From Tubiluchus corallicola (lineage: Eukaryota; Animalia; Priapulida): a stretch of 64,000 nt of DNA. Made by a program: the position numbers and the translations under genes. Every line of letters begins with the position of its first letter. The stretch's first letter is position 1. Location: the NCBI GenBank assembly GCA_030141605.1, contig JAQGDQ010001061.1, positions 1-64,000 of the forward strand. The letters run 5' to 3'. The notes under the pieces were generated by a model that did no database searches, had not been told where the DNA came from, and saw only the letters and a list, made by a program, of their open reading frames with translations. This document shows positions 1 to 12,952 of the stretch, one piece after another.

Positions 1-563
1 GTAGTGTAGTGTAGTGTAGTGTAGTGTAGTGTAGTGTAGTGTAGAGTAGTGTAGTGTAGTGTAGTGTAGTGTAGTGTAGTGTAGTGTAGTGTAGTGTAGT
101 GTAGTGTAGTGTAGTGTAGTGTAGTGTAGTGTAGTGTAGTGTAGTGTAGTGTAGTGTAGTGTAGTGTAGTGTAGTGTAGTGTAGTGTAGTGTAGTGTAGT
201 GTAGTGTAGTGTAGTGTAGTGTAGTGTAGTGTAGTGTAGTGTAGTGTAGTGTAGTGTAGTGTAGTGTAGTGTAGTGTAGAGTAGTGTAGTGTAGTGTAGT
301 GTAGTGTAGTGTAGTGTAGTGTAGTGTAGTGTAGTGTAGTGTAGTGTAGTGTAGTGTAGTGTAGAGTAGTGTAGTGTAGTGTAGTGTAGTGTAGTGTAGA
401 GTAGTGTAGAGTAGTGTAGAGTAGTGTAGTGTAGTGTAGTGTAGTGTAGTGTAGTGTAGTGTAGTGTAGTGTAGTGTAGTGTAGTGTAGAGTAGTGTAGT
501 GTAGTGTAGTGTAGTGTGGTGTAGTGTAGTTAGTGTAGTGTAGTGTAGTGTAGAGTAGTGTAG
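1..563. repeat. (GTAGT)n pentanucleotide microsatellite
   Basis: Near-pure array. Confidence 0.97.
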
Positions 564-679
564 TATAATACAATATGGTATAAAATATATGATGACATGA
601 CATGATATGATACGACATGATACAATACAACACAACACAACACAATACAACACAATAGAATATAATCTACACATTTTAC

Positions 680-769
680 CTGTGCTTATTGCTGTCTTGA
701 AAGTGATATTTCTTGTCATGTTTCAATCCTTCATAAATGTAATAGAAAATATGGAAGTTTCTTTCCCCT
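680..769 (-). pseudogene. Duplicate of myosin III exon 12 (out of order, out of phase with exon 18)
   Basis: Identical by eye to 9313-9402, including both splice sites. Lies within identical block 561-971 = 9194-9604. Confidence 0.85.
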
Positions 770-1407
770 CTGAATAAAAAGTTGAAATTATTATCATTAG
801 TAATTTAATCCAAAAAGTGAATCTTGCAAAAGCAAAAGAGTCACAGATAATGGAGGTATGTTACAACGACTGTACTATGATTGATTTGATTAAAGGAAAG
901 CTCAACACTTCTGGGAGATCAGGCTTATTTCAATGTTTGTGAAAAATTTTAGAAGGATTTAGTAATAAAACAACAATAAGTGCCTCGTGTAATTAGTAAA
1001 ATCACTTTAAAGTCGCGATCATTTCATGCTTGGACGCTCCCATTTTCAATGCCCATTCTTCTTCCAATGACGTCATTCGTCTTGAAGAAAAGTAGCGCCA
1101 CTGTCAATCTTCATCAAAAGTGTAATAAGTTTTTACAAAAAAATTAAACAGCCAATTTTGTAGTATGTTTTGCGTGAACATTAGGTAAGCTGCAGAAGTT
1201 TGAATTAGTTTAACGCGCTTATAAAAAGCCACGACGAGCTTACGAAAAGTCACATGCGTTCGAAAGTCAGAAGTCTCCCAGTTACGTCATGATTTTCAAG
1301 TGAATGGCGGCAACCACCACGCCTGAAAATTTCTATTCAGAGGTAGTATATTTTAAATTTATGCTTTATAGGCAGTTCTTTGCAAATTTCTTTGTTATAT
1401 TTTTCTA

Positions 1408-1975
1408 AGTTTAAGTGATAACAGTAAAACAAACCCAACATACCGAATGACTTGTCCTTTCCTTTAGCACACCACAAACAGTTTAAGTGATAACAGTAAA
1501 ATAAACCCAACATACTGAGTGACTTGTCCTTTCCTTTAGCACACCACAAACAGTTTAAGTGATAACAGTAAAATACCCAACATACTGAATGACTTGTTCT
1601 TTCTTTTAGCACACCACAAACAGTTTAAGTGATAACAGTAAAATAAACCGAACATACCGAATGACTTGTTCTTTCCTTTAGCACACCACAAACAGTTTAA
1701 GTGATAACAGTAAAATAAACCCACCATACAGAATGACTTGTCCTTTCCTTTAGCACACCACAAACAGTTTAAGTGATAACAGTAAAATAAACCCACCATA
1801 CAGAATAACTTGTCCTTTCCTTTAGCACACCACAAACAGTTTAAGTGATAACAGTAAAATAAACCCAACATACTGAGTGACTTGTACTTTCCTTTAGCAC
1901 ACCACAAACAGTTTAAGTGATAACAGTAAAATAAACCCAACATACTGAGTGACTTGTTCTTTCTTTTAGCACACC
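1408..1975. repeat. 72-bp minisatellite (about 8 units)
   Basis: Unit agtttaagtgataacagtaaaataaaccc...cctttagcacaccacaaac. Confidence 0.95.
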
Positions 1976-2690
1976 TCAGTAGCCACTCTCTTTCAATGGA
2001 GAGCAAAACTAACCCAGACAATCTATCCTCTTTATTATAATCCACCTCAGTAGCCACTCCCTTTCAATGGAGAGCAAAACTAACCCAGTCAATCTATCCT
2101 CTTTATTATAATCCACCTCAGTAGCCACTCCCTTTCAATGGAGAGCAAAACTAACCCAGACAATCTATCCTCTTTATTATAATCCACCTCAGTAGCCACT
2201 CCCTTTCAATGGAGAGCAAAACTAACCCAGACAATCTATCCTCTTTATTATAATCCACCTCAGTAGCCACTCCCTTTCAATGCAGAGCAAAACTAACCCA
2301 GACAATCTATTCTTGCCCATTGTAGAACGAAGGCAAGACTTTATTTGTTTCAATCGATTAAAAATAAAGAAGATTTTGCTTTTATCGCACAAGTGAACCA
2401 GTGAGTTTAAAAAAATTGTTGAAAAATGCCACTAGGGGGGATGATTGCTCCCCAGTTAGCTAGGCCACTGCAAAAAACAAAAAAAAACTCCCTTTCAATT
2501 AGAGAAAAACTATTCCAGACAATCTCTCCTCGTCCATTGTGGAAAGAAGATAGAACTTTACTGTTTGGACGAGATTAAAGGATTAAAAGATTAATTCACA
2601 GCAACCAAACAAGTGAATTAAAAAAATGATTGAAAAGGTGCCAATTTTGAAAAAAAGTGCCCTCCTTTGTCCCCCATTAGCTATGATATT
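1972..2690. mobile_element. hAT-like element fragment with a 71-bp tandem array (1972-2310)
   Basis: 71-bp period. The continuation matches 52950-53380 in reverse orientation. Confidence 0.7.
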
Positions 2691-2776
2691 GAAGTTTACA
2701 TTTTTTTCTGCAAGTTGAATTAACAATGAGTGCAAGTCTAAAATCAATAATCAGAACTGCATTGTGGGATACGTAC

Positions 2777-2868
2777 CTTTCCCGCATAGTGCTGTACGAT
2801 GAACGTGCAGGAATTATCAGACTTTGGCCTTACATAGAAAGGAGACTTGATGTTGTTGTTAAATTTAT
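2777..2868 (-). CDS. MYO3: Myosin III exon 18
   Basis: KFNNNIKSPFYVRPKSDNSCTFIVQHYAGK. 92 nt, ends phase 0; the gene continues beyond the window. Confidence 0.93.
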
Positions 2869-3039
2869 CTGAAAGAAAAAACAAAATTTAAATACAAGCA
2901 AAAGTACGCAGCTACTATATGAAACTTATTTATACATAAGTAGAGCTCACGTGCCCCCTAAATAGAGATACACGCTTGGGTCTGTATGCGAAAATATAAT
3001 GATAATAACGTTTTTTATTTATTTTTATTTATTTATGTG

Positions 3040-3730
3040 CAGATAGTTAAACTATGCACCAACTTTCCTGAGCATGCTGCCATCTATATGTGTGCCTGTA
3101 AACCAAAACCATTCATAAGTCGGCACAGTTAAAACTACGTTATGATGCTTCAAAGTAGAATGCACCAAAAATTTGGTCAAACGTTTATTTTTGTTTTTTA
3201 TAAAAACAAACGCTAAATATATTGGAATTTAATTTTCTAGCACCAAATTGTCAAGAAAATGTCTAATACTAAAAATGTAATTTTATAACCCGGTACCCAC
3301 TTTTCTGGCAGCAAAGTAGTACTTCAATTTTAAAAAACTTGTATTTTCAAACTCAGATAGAAGTTCATGGAAGCTGTGATTTTGCTTCAGGTTTTTTCTT
3401 TTGCGAAGCCCAGATCTTTGTCAGGAAGAGCCATCTACTGGATTTAAATTCTTGCGAAGTCTGTAACAACCAACATTTCTGCGGTTGCTAAGTGTTTTGT
3501 AGAGACGCGACAAAAAACAATGGCAACTTTAACAGTGATTTTCTCAAGATTATGTTTTTCAGTGTGCAGCCTGCACCTCAACTTCAACGTGGATTATCTC
3601 AGCTTAGAAATAACATAGAGCGATGAACTTGGTATTAAAATGATCCTCATGAAATTGAGATTCAGGATATGCGAATAACTAGAAAAGCTTAATTGCCAAC
3701 TTATGGACGTTTTTGCTATGCAAGCTTACA
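3040..3730. mobile_element. Unclassified dispersed repeat
   Basis: Similar segments at 14630-15015 and 15395-15600. Confidence 0.6.
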
Positions 3731-4202
3731 TATACATATTCATAAGTACAGCTCATGTGCTCTCTAATAGACACATAAGCTCTACTCTATATGCAATAAT
3801 ATAATCATAATAATGTTTTTGATTATAAAACGCTACTTATTAATTTTTAAAACGTGCTGTAGAATAAAACATATTTAGCCCAAAGTACTAAAAAGCTGCA
3901 ACACAATTTCACCTATCTAGAAATCACCAAAAATCTATGAAACAGTCATCACTTATACACTATGCGCACAACAGTCATGCACCGGGACGCTGGAACTGTG
4001 AAGCGCACAGTTCCGTCATGTGGTCTGGTTCCGTACAATGATTTTTTAAGTACTTACAAGTATAAAGAAAGAATTAAAGAAAAAGGACTCATCATCGGAT
4101 AATGTCGAGTGAAAATAGGGGGTGCTGCAGTTCCGATAGCCGCCAGTGTTGGACATGGTAAGAAAGCATGACAAACCTTTTGATTATGCTAGATACATGA
4201 GT

Positions 4203-4497
4203 ACAATAATTTGCTTAAATTGTTAGATCACCCGGTCGCTGTATCGAACTCACAATCTCACAGACGGAAAGTGGACGCGTTACCACTAGACTAAACTATC
4301 TGATCTAAACTGAACCGTTCGGTATGCTGAATGCATAAACACAATAATTTGCTTAAATTGTAAGATCACCCGGTCGCTGTATTGAACTCACAACCTCACA
4401 GACAGAAAGCGGACGCGTTAACACTAGACTAAACTATCTGATCTAAATTAAACCGTTCGGTATCCTGAATGCATAAACACAATAATTTGCTTAAATT
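4203..4497 (-). repeat. Tandem about 140-bp duplication containing a tRNA-like (SINE head) sequence
   Basis: Minus strand reads tagtctagtggtaacg...gagttcgatac (A-box and B-box like); two copies. Confidence 0.55.
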
Positions 4498-4549
4498 TTA
4501 ACATGATAATACTGACAGGACTGCCAGACAAATGTTGACTTTCACTTAC

Positions 4550-4703
4550 CAACAAGAGATTTGCTTGTCGCTTTTGGAAAATGACTCTCTTCATCAAGTA
4601 GAGCAAGCAATCCCATAGGCTTTGTCAGAAACATGTCCAGAACGGGACGGTTATCAACAAATTCAATATGGCTGCCATCTATACCTTCTGCTTTATACTC
4701 AGC
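4550..4703 (-). CDS. MYO3: Myosin III exon 17
   Basis: [51 protein letters not shown]. 154 nt. Confidence 0.95.
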
Positions 4704-5210
4704 CTAATACGAATAAAAATACCGTATTTAGTAAACATTTTGTTGCCTATACTTCATAAATTATAAAATTTAGCTTGGTTATTTGATATCAGTTATTAGT
4801 TATCAATACTCTTTGCTATTTCGGTTGATTGCGCCTGGAGACCTTAACAGTCATCAGCATTGAAGATATTCCACATTGCCGTAAAAAGCATGCTACAAGC
4901 GGTACATAGATACATGATGTTTATGCTTTATTTGAACTATTTTAACTGAAATTTTCACTGATTTTTAACATCTGGGAGAAAAGAGGAAAGCTGAATATAT
5001 ACTACTAAAACCTCGGAAAATGTTGCCGAAAATTACCAAAAGTTTGCCACCCCGTTTCTTTTCCGTCTTTGTTTTAGTTTTTACCTTTTGTTTATGTTTA
5101 TTTTGTAACATTCAGAGACAAATAAATTTTTTACTTACTTACCTGCTACAAAAGTTAATAACTTTCAACGTAAACGAAACTCAACCGAAAGTGCAACTAT
5201 CGGTAAATCA

Positions 5211-5462
<252 letters not shown>

Positions 5463-6904
5463 CTACGCACGACTCGAACACCTCGGGACCGGAAAATTGT
5501 TTAAGTTATGCGAGGGTACTAGTTAGACAATGTTCGTAAGAAAACAAGATTGAATGGCTCATCAATGTCGGACAATACACTAGTAACACTACAGCCTGTG
5601 AAAATGACAAACTGAGAGCCTTTAATCAAATATTAAACAACAATTTTTATGAATAATCAAAAATAAAATGACTGGTCCACCTCTATTGTAGTCTGAGTAG
5701 CATGGTTAATAGAATTCAGCAATAATAATATTGTGATTTATATTAAACCACGTTTGTTAAGCCATGCTGTGTTTAGTGTTCTGCTAAGGTAATACAAGAA
5801 ATCTTAGCATTTTTGCAGAAACTAGCAGTTAAAATTGTAATGCGGTTTTGGTGCACACTTTCATGTAGGATTTCTCACACGGGAGGCTGTTCTAGATAGG
5901 CGGGGTTATTTCAGTTAGATTCTTGAGAATTTCACCGAGAATTCTCTTTGAGGTATGCGATGTTTGGTAAAGAGAAAAATGAAAGGGAAAACCGTACCAC
6001 GAGATCAATTCAATTCAATTCAATTTATTTATTAACTCCTCAAGAATTATCAAAATACAGTATTAGGAATACATGCAATGTTATGTAACAAAGGAGCAGG
6101 ACAGCGAAGAACATGTAGGTTATCTAGTCAGCCACCCTTAAATAGCTAGGATTAAATAAAATTAATTTTGGTATTACTTAAAACTCAAATAATGTCAATA
6201 TACTAACAAAATACAACGTAATAAGCAGTGATATATTAACTGATTGCATTAGTTTTATCCTTTTTCTTCACTTCCTCTGTCCTACAAACTCTATCCCTCT
6301 CTCCTCTCCTCTTACTCATGAAATTTTCTAACTGTTAACGTGAAGAGACAATTGTTTAACGCTTACTGCACTATGTTTTATTGTATGTCCACTTGGAGAC
6401 ATTTTTATTCTTACAATCTTAGCAAAGTCAAGGTTGCATAGAATGTAGCAACACGGAAGCTGTTTAACTTTTCATATGATACGAGCGCTAGATATATTTC
6501 TACTAGACTTAATCTTATTTATTTTGATGTGATTCACAGAAAATGTGCATACAGTTTATACGTCAGGCTGAATAAGAGTGAAAATTTTATATGCAAGAAC
6601 ATTTTAAACAGTGATGAAAACTTTACTTCTGTAATTAGACGCCATTGGCGTAGTTTGTTATATCGTTAATTGTTAATTGTGTTATTGTTGTGTGTCATGA
6701 TTTATTGTATTATTTGTATTAATTTGTGATGTGCACATGAACTTTGTAAAGTTTTAAATAAAATATTAAATCAAATCTCCTCTCCTCTCCCACCTCTAGT
6801 CCCCTCTCCTTTCCTCACCTTCTACTCTATCTTTTTCTCTCTCCACCTGCTCTTTGCCTCCCCCCTAAATTCACCCGATCATTTTTTTAAGATAAACAAC
6901 TTAC

Positions 6905-7115
6905 TCTTGTATTTTAGCGGGTCGCATTAAAACGTTGATCTTATTCACGATCCAGCTGAACAGACGTCCGTACAGCGCTTTTGCCATGGCGTCTCTCACG
7001 TTGATGGCTTCGTCAACGGTGTTCGTGCGCATGATCGTCTCCCCGCGAGTGACAACCGAGTTCGTCGTTAGGGCTTCGAGCAGTTCTTTATGATCGATGC
7101 CCAGCAGTTGAGAAA
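6905..7115 (-). CDS. MYO3: Myosin III exon 15
   Basis: [69 protein letters not shown]. 211 nt. Confidence 0.95.
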
Positions 7116-7207
7116 CTGGAAAAATATCCCGTGTATAAAACTTTGATAAAAACTCTTCACATACATGTTATCAAGTCGGGACATTACCAAGATTAGACAG
7201 TGAAAGA

Positions 7208-7540
7208 AGCCTTTTCACAGTTCCAGCGATTGATGATGATCATGAAAAAATCAAAGCTTAAGATGTACCAGACAACTCATTCGTGAACACTTGACGACGC
7301 CTCGCAACCCAAGCTACTGTAATAGTAACAGTTTTAACAGGTAGCTAGAACTTTACCTAGTTCATTTTTTCTTGTTTCAAAACAAGATCCTGCTAGTAAA
7401 TCACTCTAAGCACAGACTAATGCATAACTAAGTAAAGTCCATGTAAAACAACTCAAGTTATTGAATTGATGCAGCAGACAGCTTTGCTTTACACACATGT
7501 CACATGACGGTTGTAGTTAAGATACATTGCTGTGGTACAG
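7208..7540 (+). mobile_element. MITE family A (TIR AGCCTTTTCACAGTT), right end missing
   Basis: Homologous to copies at 13667, 17025, 42395 and 62685. Confidence 0.8.
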
Positions 7541-7870
7541 AAGATATTGTCTTGACTTGGCTTCTTTCTGTCATGCTCTACTGACAGAGCTAGTTTACCT
7601 GGCTAGTTGGCAGTCTGTTCTTGACTAAGAGAGTTGTTGTTGTTGTTGTTGTTGTTTTGTCTCAGTTAAACCATTTATTTGTCAAGAGTAGTAGAGCCAT
7701 GATGTAAGTTCATTCAGTCTCACTTTATTATTAATTTCTTTGTTTCCTTTTTGGCTCAAATTAGTTTGTTTATTTTGTTATGATTTGTTTTACAGATAAA
7801 ACGTAATAAAGCTACTCAAACATGAATTTTTTGACTTTGGACATCATGAAGTAGTGGTCTCTCACAATAC

Positions 7871-7997
7871 CTGTAGGTAGAAAGTGCGGGTTTGACACAA
7901 TGCTCCTGTCAGACAGATGCTTGGCCTCTTTTCTTTTAAATTCTACATCTCCTGTGTGCAATATGGCCGCCAAGATGCTGAACACAGATGTTACCTC
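7871..7997 (-). CDS. MYO3: Myosin III exon 14
   Basis: EVTSVFSILAAILHTGDVEFKRKEAKHLSDRSIVSNPHFLPT. 127 nt. Confidence 0.92.
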
Positions 7998-8148
7998 CTG
8001 TAAATGTGCAATTTATACCAATTATACCAAAACAGAAAACTAAAATAAGATTGAGTCTTATCAATCATCCGGTTTTCCTTTAAAACTTTGTGTAGAGTGT
8101 CTGAAGCCAGGAAACATTTGAAGATTGATAGAAACTGCAGCTTCTTAC

Positions 8149-8260
8149 CTGCTGTTTAAAGCCAATACTTTCAAAGCAATGCTGTATCGCTTTAAATTTC
8201 ACTTTCCTCACTGAGATTGTAGAAATATCTGGAGCTGATCGCTTATAATCACCCAAAAAC
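8149..8260 (-). CDS. MYO3: Myosin III exon 13
   Basis: FLGDYKRSAPDISTISVRKVKFKAIQHCFESIGFKQQ. 112 nt. Confidence 0.9.
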
Positions 8261-8544
8261 CTTTAAACGAGAAAATAGTAATTTGTAAGCAGCTCAAAGT
8301 AACTCAAAAATTACTCAAAAATTTGGTTCAACTTTCTACAATAAATGCCAAACAAGAATGACAATAATAACAATTTATGCTGCATGTTGAACTCTTTAAA
8401 TTTCAGCCTCAGTTTCATGTTTTAATGCATAATTAAGTTTTGAGCTGCTGGTCCTGGCAATGCTAGTGAAGTCAAACTGTTGTACATGCATTACGTAATG
8501 CTCTTAGTCTTCTAGTTTACTTTACTGTACCCGCATGGCTAAAT

Positions 8545-9200
8545 AATATAATGTAATGTAATGTAATGTAAAGTAATGTAACGTGACATAATGTAATGTA
8601 ATGTAACGTAATATAATATAGTGTAGTGTAGTGTAGCATAGCGTAGTGTCGTGTAGAGTTGCATAGTGTACAGTAGTGTAGTGTAGAGTAGCGTAGTGTA
8701 GCACAGCATAGTATAGTGTAGTGTAGCATAGAGTAGTGTAGTGAAATGTAATATAGTGCAGTGTAGTGTAATGTAGTGCAGTGTAGTGTAATGTAGTGTA
8801 GTGTCGAGTAGTGTAATGTACAGTAATGTAGTGTAGTGTAGTGCAGCATAGTGTAGTGTAGTGTAGTCTAGCATAGAGTAATGCAGTGTAGTGTAGAGTA
8901 GTGTAGTGTACAGTAGCGTAGCATAGTGTAGCACAGTGTAGTGTAGTGCAATGTAGTGCAGTGCAGTGTAATGTAGTGCAGTGTAGTGTAATGTAGTGCA
9001 GTGTAGTGTAATGTAGTGTAGTGTAGAGTAGTGTAATGTACAGTAACGTAGCATAGTGTAGCGCAGCATAGTGTAGTGTAGTGTAGTCTAGCATGGAGTA
9101 ATGTAGTGCAGTGTAGAGTAGTGTAGTGTACAGTAGCGTAGCGTAGTGTAGCACAGCGTAGTGTAGTGCAATGTAGTGTAGTGTAGCATAGTATAGTATA
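8545..9200. repeat. Degenerate (GTAGT/GTAAT)n microsatellite
   Basis: 5-bp periodicity. Confidence 0.95.
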
Positions 9201-9312
9201 ATACAATATGGTATAAAATATATGATGACATGACATGATATGATACGACATGATACAATACAACACAACACAACACAATACAACACAATAGAATATAATC
9301 TACACATTTTAC

Positions 9313-9402
9313 CTGTGCTTATTGCTGTCTTGAAAGTGATATTTCTTGTCATGTTTCAATCCTTCATAAATGTAATAGAAAATATGGAAGTTTCTTTCCC
9401 CT
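9313..9402 (-). CDS. MYO3: Myosin III exon 12
   Basis: GERNFHIFYYIYEGLKHDKKYHFQDSNKH(R). 90 nt, phase 2 to 2. Confidence 0.93.
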
Positions 9403-9522
9403 CTGAATAAAAAGTTGAAATTATTATCATTAGTAATTTAATCCAAAAAGTGAATCTTGCAAAAGCAAAAGAGTCACAGATAATGGAGGTATGTTACAAC
9501 GACTGTACTATGATTGATTTGA

Positions 9523-11622
9523 TTAAAGGAAAGCTCAACACTTCTGGGAGATCAGGCTTATTTCAATGTTTGTGAAAAATTTTAGAAGGATTTAGTAATA
9601 AAACTGCAATAAGCGCCCGTGTAATTAGTAAAATCAGTTTAAAGTCGCGATCACTTCATGCTTGGATGTTCCCATTTTCAATGCCCATTCTTCTTCCAGT
9701 GACGTCATTCGTCTTGAAGAAAAGTAGCGCCACTGTCAATCTTCATCAAAAGTGTAACAAGTTTTTACAAAAAGATTAGATAGCTAATTTCGTGAATTAT
9801 GTTATTGCTTGAACGTTAAGTCAGCTACAGAAGTCTGAATTAGTTTAACGCGCTTATAAAAAGCCACGACGAGCTTACGAAAAGTCACATTGCGTTTACG
9901 GAAAGTCAAGAAGTCTTCCAGTTACGTCACGATTCTCAAGTGAATGGCAGCAACCACCACGCCTGAAAATTTCTATTCAGAGGTCGTATGATTTTAATTT
10001 ATGTTTTAGAGGCAGTTCTTTGCAAATTTCGTTGTTATATTTTTCCAAGTTTAAGTGATAACAGTAAAATAAACCCACCATACAGAATGACTTGTCCTAT
10101 CCTTTAGCACACCACAAACAGTTTAAGTGATAACAGTAAAATAAAACCACCATACAGAATGACTTGTCCTATCCTTTAGTACACCACAAACAGTTTAAGT
10201 GATAACAGTAAAATAAGCCCAACATACTGAGTGACTTGTCCTTTCTTTTAGCACACCACAAACAGTTTAAGTGATAACAGTAAAATAAACCCACCATACT
10301 GAGTGACTTGTCCTTTCCTTTAGCACACCACAAACAGTTGAAGTGATAACAGTAAAATAAAACCCACCATACAGAATGACTTGTCCTTTCCTTTAGCACA
10401 CCACAAACAGTTTAAGTGATAACAGTAAAATAAACCCACCATATAGAATGACTTGTCCTTTCCTTTAGCACACCACAAACAGTTTAAATGATAACAGTAA
10501 AATAAACCCACCATACTGAGTGACTTGTCCTTTCCTTTAGCACACCACAAACAGTTTAAGTGATAACAGTAAAATAAACCCAACATACTGAATGACTTGT
10601 CCTTTCCTTTAGCACACCACAAACAGTTTAAGTGATAACAGTAAAATAAACCCACCATACAGAGTGACTTGTCCTTTCCTTTAGCACACCACAAACAGTT
10701 TAAGTGATAACAGTAAAATAAACCCAACATACAGAATGACTTGTCCTTTCCTTTAGCACACCACAAACAGTTTAAGTGATAATAGTAAAATAAACCCACC
10801 ATACAGAGTGACTTGTCCTTTCCTTTAGCACACCACAAACAGTTTAAGTGATAACAGTAAAATAAACCCAACATACTGAATGGCTTGTCCTTTCCTTTAG
10901 CACACCACAAACAGTTTAAGTGATAACAGTAAAATAAACCCACCATACAGAATGACTTGTCCTTTCCTTTAGCACACCACAAACAGTTTAAGTGATAACA
11001 GTAAAATAAACCCAACATACTGAATGACTTGTCCTTTCCTTTAGCACACCACAAACAGTTTAAGTGATAACAGTAAAATAAACCCACCATACAGAATGCG
11101 TTGTTCTTTCCTTTAGCACACCACAAACAGTTTAAGTGATAACAGTAAAATAAACCCAACATACTGAGTGACTTGTCCTTTCCTTTAGCACACCACAAAC
11201 AGTTTAAGTGATAACAGTAAAATAAACCCACCATACAGAATGACTTGTCCTTTCCTTTAGCACACCACAAACAGTTTAAGTGATAACAGTAAAATAAACC
11301 CAACATACAGAGTGACTTGTCCTTTCCTTTAGCACACCACAAACAGTTTAAGTGATAACAGTAAAATAAACCCACCATACAGAATGACTTGTCCTTTCCT
11401 TTAGCACTCCACAAACAGTTTTAAGTGATAACAGTAAAATAAACCCAACATACAGAGTGACTTGTCCTTTCCTTTAGCACACCACAAACAGTTTAAGTGA
11501 TAACAGTAAAATAAACCCACCATACAGAATGACTTGTCCTTTCCTTTAGCACACCACAAACAGTTTTAAGTGATAACAGTAAAATAAACCCACCATACAG
11601 AATGCGTTGTTCTTTCCATTAA
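9523..11622. mobile_element. Kolobok-like (TTAA-flanked) non-autonomous element containing a 72-bp array (10047-11612)
   Basis: Left end ttaa-aggaaagctcaacac; right end gcgttgttctttcca-ttaa (imperfect inverted match). About 21 units of the 72-bp repeat. Confidence 0.6.
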
Positions 11623-11731
11623 TGTAATAAGAAAGGGAATAACATAAGTTAGTTTTACACATTTTAGACATTACAACCATCAATTACACTCAAAGAAAAT
11701 ATATTTAGGCTGTAGTACAACTCTCACTTAC

Positions 11732-11934
11732 ATGGCCTGGCTGATAACTCTTGATTTCTCTAGCAAATACTCAGACAAATACGCGCCGGTGACCTTGCCA
11801 TTGGAAGTGAAGGTCATTTCAAGGTACTTGCCAAATCTGCTAGAATTGTCATTGATGCCCGTTTTGGCATTGCCGAATGCTTCTAGTAATGGATTTACTT
11901 GAAGAATTCTGTCTTCTAGTGTTCTGTTCGGAGC
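11732..11934 (-). CDS. MYO3: Myosin III exon 11 (switch I)
   Basis: [67 protein letters not shown]. 203 nt, ends phase 2. Confidence 0.95.
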
Positions 11935-12041
11935 CTGAAGATCAAAAACATCAGATTTTACAAGTGAGTTAAGTCTGTGGAATTTCTTCATTTTTCCTGC
12001 TTCTTTGAACAATAAATTTAAGACCGTTATTACAGCGTTCT

Positions 12042-12527
12042 GGGGGGGGGGGGGCAAGCCAGCCCAACCCAGTGCCGTTCCCAAGCCCGGATAAATAGGG
12101 AGGGTTAGGGTCAGGAAGGGCATCAGCCTGTAAAAACTGCACCAAAACCTTCTATAAATGAGTCGCTGAGACTTAAAGGTAAAGTCCACAAAGGAGTGGT
12201 CAGACCTGCTCTAATCTATGGGCTGGAAGCAGCACCTCTAAAGAAGACCGAAGAGAAGAAAATGGGTGTGGTGGAGATGAGGATGTTGAGATGGATGGTG
12301 GGAATAACAAAAAGAGATAAAATTAGAAATAATAATATCAGAGGAACAGTAAAAGTAGTGGAAGCCTCGCAAGATTGCGATGGTATGGACACCTGAAAAG
12401 AAGAGTCGGTGAAGATCATGTGGGAAGGGAAGACATAAATGAAGAGATGGTCAACAACAGGAGTGCGTGGAGAAGACTCATTCACAACGGCGACCCCACA
12501 TAGGGAAAAGCTGGGAAGAAGAAGAAG
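12042..12527 (+). mobile_element. Internally deleted RTE-clade retroelement
   Basis: RTE-like 5' UTR (tcccaagcccggataaat...tcaggaagggcatc), ORF2 C-terminal remnant ([10 protein letters not shown]...EMRMLRWMVG), (GAA)n tail. TSD attacag(c/g)gttct at 12029 and 12528. Confidence 0.8.
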
Positions 12528-12531
12528 ATTA

Positions 12532-12952
12532 CAGGGTTCTCACAAAATTTTAAAATAAATTTCCCTGACTTTCCCCGAACCAAATATGATTCTCCATGAC
12601 CAAGATAAGCAGAAATTACATTACCAGTATAGCAAACGTATTCAAACATTTTTGTATATGGACATTCATACATATAACTGATATATAATGTGTCGGCCAA
12701 TTATTATTTTTGGAAGAGAAATGAAAACTGGGAGCCTGTCATAACAAAATTTTATTTGAATCGCTGGAAAATAAGTTGGGAAAAACATCGATTCACAGTG
12801 TTTTTTTGCAATCCTTTCAAATTTTCCTGCCTTTTCGCTCCATTTTAATAATTGTCCCCGACTTTTTACCAAATTATCTTTTTCCCTGACTTTCCAGGAT
12901 AGACTGTATTTTCAAGAATTTTCCCGGATTTTCCTTGACTGTAGGAACCCAG
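12532..12952. mobile_element. hAT-like MITE
   Basis: CAGGGTTC...GAACCCAG ends with subterminal ttccctgac repeats. Confidence 0.6.

Noticed and set aside
4225-4440. tRNA genes (also 44308-44516)
   Set aside because: A/B-box-like motifs, but I could not fold a complete cloverleaf; more likely SINE heads.
7225-7460. Box C/D snoRNA (TGATGA motifs in family A)
   Set aside because: The motif is antisense to the host gene in four copies and lies inside a TIR-bounded dispersed element.
10320-11414. 364-aa Cys/His-rich ORF resembling zinc fingers (also 1337-2057)
   Set aside because: It is the translation of an intronic 72-bp array. There is no C2H2 spacing or linker, and unit indels break the frame.
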